From an uncultured delta proteobacterium (GTDB lineage Bacteria; Desulfobacterota; WTBG01): 64,000 bases of DNA. The translations under genes were made by a program, and so were the position numbers. Shown piece by piece: positions 19,140-28,300 of the stretch (position 1 is its first letter; each line of letters starts with the position of its first letter). The notes under the pieces are model-generated. The model ran no database searches. It was not told the DNA's origin and saw nothing but the letters and a program-made list of their open reading frames with translations. The DNA lies in the NCBI GenBank assembly GCA_963793865.1, contig CAWCBP010000001.1, positions 992,001 through 1,056,000 of the forward strand, in the 5' to 3' direction.

Positions 19140-19877
19140 ATGAACATTGATACAATCATGCAACAACTGCGCACTATATTTAAAGAATATTTTCAAGCAA
19201 TGCACAAGGAAGAACCGGTGTTTGCCGAGAGCGGAAGGGAGCGGCTGCGGATGGAGATATACCGGTCAAAGGATGGAGACCGCTTTCCGGTTAAAAAGGC
19301 CGCGTTCATGATTCTTGATTACGGCCTGGTCTGGAACAAAGACGACAAAACAGCACTGGATGAAGACGAGCTTGTCGCCGGGTCCATCATCACCTGCGAT
19401 GATCTGCCGCTGCCTATTCTTGCCCTCGAAGCATCCATGCATTTCGATAAATATGACCACATGAACATTGACCTGTTCCCCGTATCCAAAGATCAGCGCT
19501 ATAGGGAGCTTTTTTGCAAGCCGGTTCAGGACATATGCCAAAAATACAAAAGCATGCCCGGCGTAGCCCCCGGTGTCATTACACCAAACCTTCCCCAAGG
19601 TTCCACCTCGGGCGGGATGATGTCGGGTAATTTTGATATTACCATGAGAGGTAACACCTTTCCCTGGTGGTTTGAGTACGTTACACTGTACAAGAGCTTT
19701 CTCGATAACCGTGAAAGCTATCCCATTCTTAAAGACCCGGCCATCATTGAGGAAGGCAGAAAGATCAGAGAAATGTTCCTGTCAAATTTCAGAATGTCGA
19801 CTCCTAAAATACTGGCTGATATCCCTCACCTGAACAGTGAAGAAGGGGGAAGACGACTGGGAGAAATCATTTTTTGA
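19140..19877 (+). CDS. Ferredoxin-dependent bilin reductase / RCCR-fold-like protein (divergent)
   Basis: GGAGGA SD before ATG 19140; LPILALE..., IDLFPVSKDQRYRELFCKPVQDICQKY, FEYVTLYKSFLD and C-terminal SEEGGRRLGEIIF parallel PebA/HY2/PcyA segments by visual alignment. Confidence 0.6.
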   Translation: MNIDTIMQQLRTIFKEYFQAMHKEEPVFAESGRERLRMEIYRSKDGDRFPVKKAAFMILDYGLVWNKDDKTALDEDELVAGSIITCDDLPLPILALEASMHFDKYDHMNIDLFPVSKDQRYRELFCKPVQDICQKYKSMPGVAPGVITPNLPQGSTSGGMMSGNFDITMRGNTFPWWFEYVTLYKSFLDNRESYPILKDPAIIEEGRKIREMFLSNFRMSTPKILADIPHLNSEEGGRRLGEIIF

Positions 19878-19885
19878 ACCGGAGA

Positions 19886-21045
19886 TTACTCATGATGGGC
19901 GGGCACATTGCTCGCACCGGTATCAAACAGGGTAAGCGCGACAAATGCGATGGCTGCCGCGGTCATGGGATAAAAGAGATAGCGGATGGAGGAAAGCTCC
20001 ATCACCCAGCCGGTCACCAGGGGGCCGATAACACATCCTGCTCCGTAGGCGAAGCTGAATGATGCATTTGCCGTTCCCATCCTTTCCGGGGAACAATTTC
20101 CCCGATCAGTGCAAGCGCTACCGGATAGAGTGCACCCGCCACCACGCCCACGCCAAAGGCCAGTGCACAGAGTGCCCAGTACTGCTGAAACAAATTGAAG
20201 GCAATGGTAACCGCCGCCAGCAATACACCGCACGCTTTCAATACCGGCCTTTTACCCCAAATATCGGCCATTTTGCCGGCAGGAAAAGGTGAAACTGCGC
20301 CTCCGACCGCAAAAAAGGTAAACACCATTCCCAGCGCTCCGCCCCTGATTCCCAAATCATCCAGATAGAGCGACAGAAACGAACCGATGGCGACTTCCAC
20401 CACCGCGTAGCACGCGGCGGCAGTGAGGGGCAATTTCAGAGAACTGATAATCCGTGCGAAACCCCACTCGGTTTTTTTCACCGCTACGATTGTTTCATCA
20501 AATCCGAATAGCAGGACCATCAGCGCGCCCAATGAGCTTGCCGCCGCAAAGATGAAGGGAGCTTCGGGTTGTATGGCGTAAAGCCAGGAGCCTATTCCCG
20601 GCCCCACGGCAAAACCCACCGCGAACACCACCCCGTAAAGGCCCATGTTTGAACCTCTGCGCCCGGGAGATGACAGTATATTGATTGCCGCCTCGGTCGG
20701 CGCAAAAAGCAGCGCAGATCCAACGCCCTGGATGGTGCGCAGCAGATAAAAGAACGCCGGGTCCGGCATGTAGGGCATTGCGAGTATGGCCAACCCGAAT
20801 ATGGCCAGACCGCACATGATCATCTTTTTTGATCCGGCCTTTTCAATCCATCTGCCCAGAAAGGACGTGGTGACGGTAAAGACGAGAAAATAGGTTGTGG
20901 CTATTTGTCCAATGGTGGCGGAGGAAGCCCCCATCCCCTGAAGCAAAAGCGGTATAAGCGGGGAAACAAAGCTCATGCCGAAGGCGAGCAGGAAGACGGT
21001 CAATAATATGGGAAGAAGACCTTTGTCCATAGCAAACGCTGACAT
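19886..21045 (-). CDS. MFS transporter (one frameshift near 20088)
   Basis: Motif A (GRWIEKAGSKK; GKMADIWGKRP); the last helices (PERMGTANASFSFAYGAG...) are in ORF 19886..20233. Confidence 0.88.
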
Positions 21046-21116
21046 TTCCTTTTTGGCGGCGGACGATTGTATTCACGCTGCTTTCATTGCGCGGGAATGG
21101 TGTGCACCGATGCTCG

Positions 21117-21860
21117 TTACGCAGCACTCCTTACCGCTTCCTGCAAAGGTTTGACTTTGTAATACTTAAAGAATCCCAGGAAGGCAATGACCAGATAGGC
21201 AATGGTTTTAGGAATCATTAACATCCCTATAAGAGGCACCTTATGCTGCAGGAAAATGACCGGAGCGTAACAAACAAATGATACAATAACCATAATGCCG
21301 ATCCATATGAATGTTTTATCCCTCTCCTGAACGCCATCCCGGAGAATCAGATAGGCCGATCCAAGCTGCATCAGCATCAGCGGCACATTCCGAATGATTG
21401 CCCACTGATGCGGTTGCTGAAGACTGTTCCAGTTATTTGCCGGGTGGGTCATAATGAGCAAGCGGAGTATGGCAAGGGCAAAGAGAATACATCCCAGAAC
21501 ACCGTAGCTCCTGCCAAACCGCTCTTTCCAGATCATTACCAGTATGACGTAGAAAAAGGTGAAGGTAATTGCTGTCGCGAGGGAACCCATGGGCGCCAGC
21601 TGTAACTCACGCCCGAACAGTGTAATCGATGCATCAAGACCGCCCATCGCAAAGGCAATCACCCTGAACCCGACATGGCCGATATCTCCCAAACCGAGCA
21701 GGAAAAAAGCCCACATGACTAAGCCGGCAACCTTCTGATCCTTGGCATCCACCAGTTCCCGCCGGTTAATCATGGCAATAACCAACCACCAGACAACAAT
21801 GAGATAGGCAATATTAAATATGGTTTCTGTCCAAACGCGTGACGCTTCAGGCATGTCCAC
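21117..21860 (-). CDS. Conserved multi-pass membrane protein of unknown function
   Basis: About 7 TM segments with polar motifs ETIFNIAYL, LGLGDIGHVGFR, RNVP, MIPKTIAY. Confidence 0.75.
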   Translation of the reverse strand: MDMPEASRVWTETIFNIAYLIVVWWLVIAMINRRELVDAKDQKVAGLVMWAFFLLGLGDIGHVGFRVIAFAMGGLDASITLFGRELQLAPMGSLATAITFTFFYVILVMIWKERFGRSYGVLGCILFALAILRLLIMTHPANNWNSLQQPHQWAIIRNVPLMLMQLGSAYLILRDGVQERDKTFIWIGIMVIVSFVCYAPVIFLQHKVPLIGMLMIPKTIAYLVIAFLGFFKYYKVKPLQEAVRSAA

Positions 21861-21978
21861 TCTCTCCTTGTACTGATTATGAAACTGTAGTATGGGTAAT
21901 GGTAATCCTGCTTCGTGTTGCGTATTGTAATAGCAGATTCAGTCTATTTTTTCAATACATTCAGAAAGGATTCTTATT

Positions 21979-22593
21979 ATGGACATGGAACATGCAGCCC
22001 TCCTCATAATCGACATGCAAAATGATTTCATACACCCCGACGGTTTTGTAAGAAAATCATCACAGGGTATAGGGCTGGCAGAAGATGCCCTTGAACGGCT
22101 GCAAGCCCCTATTCCACAGATTAAGCAGCTCACACAGAAATTCCGATCCACCGGACGAAACGTCATTTATGTCTACACCGCGTGGCAGCCGGATTATTCG
22201 GATATCGCCCTTCCCCTCCGTAAAATGGGACCGAAGGCCAAAGAACATGGTGCACTGGTCATCGGAAGCTGGGGAGCGCAGATTATTGACGAGCTGACAC
22301 CTGATAAAGGCGACCTGATGCTTATGAAGAAAGCGTATGGCGCATTTTTCCAGACCAGCCTTGACCGGACGCTTAGAAACCGAAAGATCACAACCCTGCT
22401 TTTTACCGGCGTGGCAACCAATTATTGTGTTGAGACCACCGCCCGTGAAGCCGTTGCCTACGGGTATGACATCATTCTGGTCAAGGATGGTTGTGCCACC
22501 TTCGACCCTGCCGGTCATGAGGCGACATTGAAAGTTATCAGCATGGGATTCGGCGAAGTAATGTCGGCAGAGGAAGTTCTGCAGCTGCTTTGA
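21979..22593 (+). CDS. Cysteine hydrolase (isochorismatase family)
   Basis: Asp-Lys-Cys triad: IIDMQNDF, KKAYGAF, GVATNYCVETTAR. Confidence 0.93.
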   Translation: MDMEHAALLIIDMQNDFIHPDGFVRKSSQGIGLAEDALERLQAPIPQIKQLTQKFRSTGRNVIYVYTAWQPDYSDIALPLRKMGPKAKEHGALVIGSWGAQIIDELTPDKGDLMLMKKAYGAFFQTSLDRTLRNRKITTLLFTGVATNYCVETTAREAVAYGYDIILVKDGCATFDPAGHEATLKVISMGFGEVMSAEEVLQLL

Positions 22594-22614
22594 TGGAAAT
22601 CAGGAGAAACTCCT

Positions 22615-23263
22615 ATGGATCTGGTTGAGTTAATTAAATCACGTAGAAGCATCCGGGCCTTTGATAGTAAAATGCCGCCGATAGAAATCTTAAACGAGTG
22701 CCTCGAAGCGGCCACATGGGCACCGAGTGCCACCAACCGGCAGCCCTGGGAATTCATAGTTTTAACCGGCGGGGCACTGAGCGAAGTGAACCGCATTATT
22801 AGTGATAATTTTGCCCTGCGGATGAATGCTGGAGATGCCTTCGGCAACCCTCCCGAACCAATGAAAGGTCGGCAGCAGGAGATCATGGAAACCCTTATGC
22901 GGGTTGCCGAGGAAGACGGGATCGATCCGGGTGAGGTGTTTGAAAAGAGCCTGCGGTTTTTTGATGCCCCGGTGGCGGTCTACTTTGTAACCTACAAATC
23001 CAAGGACGAACAATACCGGCTGAGCACCGCTGCAGCCGTCGAAAATTTCCTGCTGGCTACCCATGCGCGAGGGCTTGGAACCTGCTGGCTTACGGTTACG
23101 GTTATCTGCCAGGAGGACATCAAAAAGCACCTTGAAATAGGCGATGACAAGGAGCTTCTGGCGGGAGTTGCCCTGGGATATCCTTTAGCGGCGTGCCACC
23201 TTAACACTTTTCCAAAGAAAACGGGAATCCCTTGATACCATCACCAGGTGGCTTGGTTTTTAA
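22615..23263 (+). CDS. Nitroreductase family protein (frameshift near 23215)
   Basis: RRSIRAF, APSATNRQPWEF, GLGTCW; natural C-terminus PRKRESLDTITRWLGF* lies in an adjacent frame. Confidence 0.9.
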
Positions 23264-23288
23264 CCTTAACATAAAATAACTTCTGGCT

Positions 23289-23318
23289 TGTAGGGGCGAC
23301 CGGCCGGTCGCCTCTACA
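23289..23318. repeat. GTAG-type REP palindrome, copy 1
   Basis: TGTAGGGGCGACCGGCCGGTCGCCTCTACA (one mismatch), between convergent genes. Confidence 0.85.
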
Positions 23319-23340
23319 GCGGTAATCCAATCTGTTTTCA

Positions 23341-24087
23341 TTAATAGCGTATACAGGGGGCAAAGTTCCCGAAGGACAGTGCTTCGAGCGGTACGCCCAG
23401 TTTTTGAGCCACACTGAAAGACAGGTCTTTTAAAAGATAAAACTCCATAATCCTCGCCCTCACATTGTACATGATCGATTCATGTCGCGTGGCGAAACGC
23501 TCTTTTTTCCTTCTTTGGGCAATTTCAAAGTAAGTTTCTATCCAACCGAGTGCGCCATCCCTGAGCAGGGCGTATTCTTCAGCTTTTAATTCGAGCCGTA
23601 TACCGATTTCCGCATTGAGTTGCGTATTCCATGTATCCATGTAATACAAATTCCTGAGCTTGGATCGTAACATCTCATAATTCTGATCGTGGTCCCGGGT
23701 AATCTTCCGAATTCTGTTCTGCAGCAACCTCAGGTCGGCCGCGGCAGTTGATACAGGAGCAACATCAAGGAAACCCGCAAAAATGTCCTCTTTCCCGACG
23801 CGATTCTCCATGTTGATGAGCAGGATGGGAATTTTCGGGTTTGCCGGATACACCATGACCTGAAACACATTAAAGCGTGTGGCCTCACCGGTAACCGGGT
23901 GTTTGGTATTAAGGATAATCTGCGTGACAGCCGCCTTCTCCAGAACCGGTCCGCGTACAACAGACACATCCCAGCTTCCAACCGGCAAATCCCATCTTTT
24001 ACGTTCCACCCGCCTGGTTCTATTGATGCGCTTAAAGTTTCCGATAGCCAGCTCTCGTACCTCTTTATGCAACGGTGTCATTTCCAT
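23341..24087 (-). CDS. Divergent coproporphyrinogen III oxidase (HemF)-fold protein
   Basis: GPVLEKAAV, VYPANPKIP, FAGFLDVAP, RARIMEFYLLKD...APCIRY match HemF blocks, but conserved His and Arg positions are substituted. Confidence 0.7.
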   Translation of the reverse strand: MEMTPLHKEVRELAIGNFKRINRTRRVERKRWDLPVGSWDVSVVRGPVLEKAAVTQIILNTKHPVTGEATRFNVFQVMVYPANPKIPILLINMENRVGKEDIFAGFLDVAPVSTAAADLRLLQNRIRKITRDHDQNYEMLRSKLRNLYYMDTWNTQLNAEIGIRLELKAEEYALLRDGALGWIETYFEIAQRRKKERFATRHESIMYNVRARIMEFYLLKDLSFSVAQKLGVPLEALSFGNFAPCIRY

Positions 24088-24325
24088 GGATCAATCTCCA
24101 TCAATTGCCTTTCGGTACACAAAGGTGTCAGTGATTTAACACTTATAATAATGTAACCTTCCTAATGTAAATGGCATTTTGCGTCAAGTGTTTTTATTGC
24201 CTCTTCATACATCGTGAATAGTCAAACCGGTGCATTCCGCACGATATTCAAGTACTGTTTGGGATTGACATACGTGCTCATGATTTGATTAAATAACTTA
24301 AAGATTCCTGCATGCGGAGCAGATT

Positions 24326-26182
24326 ATGAAATACAAGGGTTATACCGGCTGGTTACTTCAGGTTGATCTCACCACAAGGAAAATCACATTTAATTCATTG
24401 TCGGAAAAACTTGCTGAGAAATATATAGGCGGCGTCGGTATTGCTGCTGCACTCATTTCCGAAAAGATTCCACAGGCAATTGACTCATGTGCTGAACAAA
24501 GTCCGCTCATCTTTATGGCCGGACCGCTTACCGGTACCATCATTCCCTGGAGCGGCAGGCATTGCGTGGCCGCCATATCTCCCCTTACCGGCATTTGGGG
24601 TGAATCATATGCCGGAGGCACGTGGGGCAGAGAACTCAAAAAGGCGGGATTTGACGGTCTGGTAATAACCGGCATATCTGATAGTCTCGTTTTTATCAAG
24701 ATTGTTGATAGCCGTGTTTCAATCGAAGATGCAGCCCCTCTTCGGGGAAAAGACACCTATGAAACCGAGACCATGATAAGGCATATCTGTGGATGCGATG
24801 TAAGCGTTGCCGCGATCGGCCTGGCAGGTGAAAACCGCGTCCGCTTTGCCTCAGTTATGCATGACGGTAAAGCCGCACGTGCTGCCGGACGCTGCGGTCT
24901 TGGCGCTGTAATGGGAGCTAAAAACCTGAAAGCAATTGCGGTCAAGGGAAGCGGTGTTATCCCCCTGTTTGACCGGGATAGTTTAAACAGTTCCATTAAT
25001 GAGGCGATGCCTGAACTTTTCAACAACGCTGACCACCGCCTTAAAAAAGCAAACAGTGTCTTTTCCATGTTTCTTGCCGACAGACGTTATGGTGTAAATA
25101 ACTGGCGTGACGGGAACCTTAATGGATTCAGTGATGCTTTTCTCAAAGAGCTGGAAAAGCATGTGCGAAATGGAAAGCCCTATCTCTGTGCCGGCTGCAG
25201 GACAGGCTGTGTGGAGTCGCATGTTAAAGACGGCGAACGGCAAAATGTGTGGGAATCGGTTGCCCCGCTCGGATCGCAATGTGGTGTTACTGACATGGAC
25301 ATTGTGCAGAAGGCATACGCACTTTGTAACCGCCACGGCATTGACTCAATCTCTGCGGGAGGGGTTGTCTCATTTGCCATGGAATGTTTCGAGGCCGGTA
25401 TTTTGACCGGAAAGGATACCGGTGGCCTTGACCTTTCCTTTGGCAATGGTGAGGCCTTGCTATCCTTACTACAAAAGATATGTGTAAGAGAGGGCGTGGG
25501 TTCAATTCTTGCTGAGGGAACGAGAAAAGCCGCACAGTTGCTCGGTTCAAAGGCAGAACAATATGCAATTGAAGTTAAGGGCCTGGAGGTTCCGGCTCAC
25601 GATCCCCGGGCTCATAACTTCCTGGCCCTCGCCTATGCGACTGACAATCGAGGTGCTATCCATACGGGAGCGGCAGATCCCAAAGTTGAAGGATTTGATT
25701 TGATCAGCATGGCAGATATCAGGTTTAACGTTGAGGGTACTGCTGAGATGGTGGCACGGGGACAGGACTACGGGGCGGTTTTAAATTCCCTGGTCCTATG
25801 CGCCTTTTCCCATGCCGGTTACGCCCAGTATAACTCCGCCATGGGCTTTCCCGGTATAACTGCCCGCGAGGTTATTACATGGTTCAAACTGGCGACCGGA
25901 ATGGATGTAACATTTGAATCGCTCATGGAGGCAGGAGAAAGGATAGTGAACCTTAAAAGGATCATTAATCTGAAGCTTGGCATGAAATCCGGAGAGGATA
26001 CCCTGCCCCAACGTTTTCTGACGATTGGCAGAAAATCAGGACCTGTATCAGACCCCATTCCACCCATTGATAAACTGCTGTCTGATTATTATCAAGTAAG
26101 GGGTTGGAACAGTGATGGTAGTGTAGGCGACAAGAAGATATCTGACCTGGGTTTAGGGCCACATTTATTGGATACTACTTAA
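24326..26182 (+). CDS. Aldehyde ferredoxin oxidoreductase (tungstopterin AOR family)
   Basis: SPLTG, AAGRCGLGAVMGAKNLKAI, CxxCxxxC (CAGCRTGC), GIDSIS, DPRA, LVLC, YYQVRGW. Confidence 0.93.
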   Translation: MKYKGYTGWLLQVDLTTRKITFNSLSEKLAEKYIGGVGIAAALISEKIPQAIDSCAEQSPLIFMAGPLTGTIIPWSGRHCVAAISPLTGIWGESYAGGTWGRELKKAGFDGLVITGISDSLVFIKIVDSRVSIEDAAPLRGKDTYETETMIRHICGCDVSVAAIGLAGENRVRFASVMHDGKAARAAGRCGLGAVMGAKNLKAIAVKGSGVIPLFDRDSLNSSINEAMPELFNNADHRLKKANSVFSMFLADRRYGVNNWRDGNLNGFSDAFLKELEKHVRNGKPYLCAGCRTGCVESHVKDGERQNVWESVAPLGSQCGVTDMDIVQKAYALCNRHGIDSISAGGVVSFAMECFEAGILTGKDTGGLDLSFGNGEALLSLLQKICVREGVGSILAEGTRKAAQLLGSKAEQYAIEVKGLEVPAHDPRAHNFLALAYATDNRGAIHTGAADPKVEGFDLISMADIRFNVEGTAEMVARGQDYGAVLNSLVLCAFSHAGYAQYNSAMGFPGITAREVITWFKLATGMDVTFESLMEAGERIVNLKRIINLKLGMKSGEDTLPQRFLTIGRKSGPVSDPIPPIDKLLSDYYQVRGWNSDGSVGDKKISDLGLGPHLLDTT

Positions 26183-26195
26183 AATTGCAGTCGAT

Positions 26196-26240
26196 GTCTG
26201 CGAGCGGGAGTGAAGCTATCTCATTAGATTGCCGCGTCAT
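26196..26240. repeat. Degenerate copy of the TGCGAG...GCAATCTC / GAGATTGC repeat family
   Basis: TGCGAGCGGGAGTGAAGCTATCTC...AGATTGCCGCG resembles the ends of the element at 40408-40553. Confidence 0.4.
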
Positions 26241-26330
26241 TCGTCTGAGCAACACTGCTGTGATTTTCACCCATATAGTTAACTCTTTATTATGTATGCT
26301 GCACAGATGTTTTGCATTCAAGATACTTAA

Positions 26331-27213
26331 TTAGCTATTTTCATCCCAGCCGAGCTTTATCAGCTCGATGTTCTGCGGATCAGCAGTCCCCAGATGATAA
26401 CGGGTATCCGCCAGGAAAACATGCTTGGGCGGCGGATTGAGAGGGCGCTCTTCACCAAAATGCTGCCTGCGCTTGGCCAGAAGAATCCGCACACCCGTCG
26501 CATCCACTGCAACCGGGTCAAAACCCACCAGCATCCCCTTATAAGGCCAGGTATAATCGGGACTATAATGATGAGGCCCCATGCCATGAAAAAGCGGCGC
26601 AAAAAGAACCAGGATATTTAGTCTGGTCTTTCCCTTGACTATCGGAAGCTCCCAGATGGAAGCAAGGTCGGCACAGCTGTCATCATGGTAGGAAGAAGGG
26701 TCTTCAGTAAAGATGATATAGTTCTTTATCAGGCTGCCCACGCCCGACCAGTGGTGGGTCCGAAGGGGTCTGACATTAATGAGCGTAGTTGCTCTTTTAA
26801 ACAGAGGATCAGCAAGCACACCGCGATCATTAATTCCGATGTTTGACTCCGTCACACCGGCATCCTTGTATCCGTTGCTTAATGACTTCTTCCAGTATCG
26901 GGGGTGTGCATATAGGCTGCCACTCATTTGATTTGATGCCTACCACATCAGCGGGTTTAACGAGTTTCTTCCATGCCTTTACAGCATCTTTCTCATCCAG
27001 AAGCGCTGTTACCGCCTCATCGAGCATCTTCAGGACAATCTCTTTTCTCGGCTTGTCATGATCATCAAGCAGATCCTTGTTTCTTATCAATACTACCTTG
27101 GATATTTTTGACTGCTGGGCAAACAGGTCAACCGGCTTGTTCCAATAGAGTGCTCCAGCTATGGCTGCAGCGGCGCTATCTTTCAGGAATTCCCTTCTTG
27201 TCCTTTTTCCCAT
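26331..27213 (-). CDS. DUF362 family protein with Tat signal (frameshift near 26867)
   Basis: TRREFLK twin-arginine; DVVGIKSN, LRTHHWSGVGSLIKN, DPVAVDA; two ORFs join across one indel. Confidence 0.85.
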
Positions 27214-28147
27214 TTTTATCCTCCTTTTGCAGCAACTGCTTTTTCTCAACAGCATCCAAAAGCTGTGATGCATCAACGGCTTGGGCTGCATTAAATACCG
27301 CAATAAACAGATTCCCCGAGAGTCGACATGCAGTCCAAGTGCCGTCTTCAATCTGCACCGGCTCTTTTCCTGAAACATTCGGCAGGTAGGATTTTAGAAA
27401 ATCGCGGTAGGCCAACTGCGCAGATTGTTCATCGGGATAGGACACCAGCAGAAGCAGAGATCGCCTGTTTTTTTCTCCATACTTCGCCAGCAACGCCTCG
27501 GTGGTATCATTAATATGGAGAAGATTGTGATCGGCTATAAAATAGTGGGCATTGAGCCATGCATGATGGCGGAAGTAGCGGATGCTTTCTTTCACGAGCG
27601 ACTTCTCAGGCAGCAGACTAAGAATGGCCGGCAGAGGACCTTCCTTCTCAATTGCGTTATCTATCAATGCTGCAAGAGTATGGATCGCCTTTTTGGATTC
27701 ATCCGTTTCAGGATAAGCCATCATGGAAACATAGTAATGGTCCTTCCAAAAAACAATCAGCCCCTTGGAAACCTGTGATCCCTGGCCGAAGCTCTCATCC
27801 ACCGTTTCCATGGATTGTGAGAAAACCCCGAATGCATTTGGTGCGGTTGCCATATCAAATATGTCAACGACTATATCGGGTTGCCCCTCGCGTTTATACC
27901 TGCGGTTTATAACTTCCTTGAAACCATATGACAGGTATAATTCCGCACCGCCGTCAATGTAATTAAAGAGTGTAGATCTGTTATAGATGCTGTCTTGGCC
28001 TGCAGCTTTCCAGCCTGATACCGCGGATGGTAACAAGGAGGATAGTTCTTGAGGCGCATTTGCCACGGTTATCCCTGTAATGACAAAAACACAACAAATA
28101 ATTCCGCAAAGAATCTGCGAGTGTCTAAATGAGTAAATGCTAACCAT
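27176..28147 (-). CDS. Exported protein, DUF6599-like
   Basis: Signal peptide; YNRSTLFNYIDGGAELYLSYGF, DIFDMATAPNAFGVFS. Confidence 0.75.
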   Translation of the reverse strand: MVSIYSFRHSQILCGIICCVFVITGITVANAPQELSSLLPSAVSGWKAAGQDSIYNRSTLFNYIDGGAELYLSYGFKEVINRRYKREGQPDIVVDIFDMATAPNAFGVFSQSMETVDESFGQGSQVSKGLIVFWKDHYYVSMMAYPETDESKKAIHTLAALIDNAIEKEGPLPAILSLLPEKSLVKESIRYFRHHAWLNAHYFIADHNLLHINDTTEALLAKYGEKNRRSLLLLVSYPDEQSAQLAYRDFLKSYLPNVSGKEPVQIEDGTWTACRLSGNLFIAVFNAAQAVDASQLLDAVEKKQLLQKEDKNGKKDKKGIPER

Positions 28148-28170
28148 TTCTTAACACGAAAATAAGGTCT

Positions 28171-28202
28171 CTGTAGGGGCGACCGGCCGGTCGCCCCTAC
28201 AG
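28171..28202. repeat. GTAG-type REP palindrome, copy 2
   Basis: Perfect 32-bp palindrome CTGTAGGGGCGACCGGCCGGTCGCCCCTACAG. Confidence 0.9.
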
Positions 28203-28219
28203 GTGAATACGAATCACAT

Positions 28220-28280
28220 GAAGGGACGCGCTCCGTCGCGTCCGAATAGTGTATGCGGCCATGACAGAGCATGGCCCTCC
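28220..28280. repeat. Inverted doublet of a second REP-like family
   Basis: GAAGGG-ACGCG-CTCCGT-CGCGT-CCG (+, 28220-28244) and GGAGGG-CCATG-CTCTGT-CATGG-CCG (-, 28256-28280). Confidence 0.7.
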
Positions 28281-28300
28281 ATCTTTTTAAACCTCTGCTG

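Noticed and set aside
21979..23263. rut pyrimidine-degradation operon (RutB/RutE-like pair)
   Set aside because: No rutA, rutC, rutD or rutR in the window; both families are broad.
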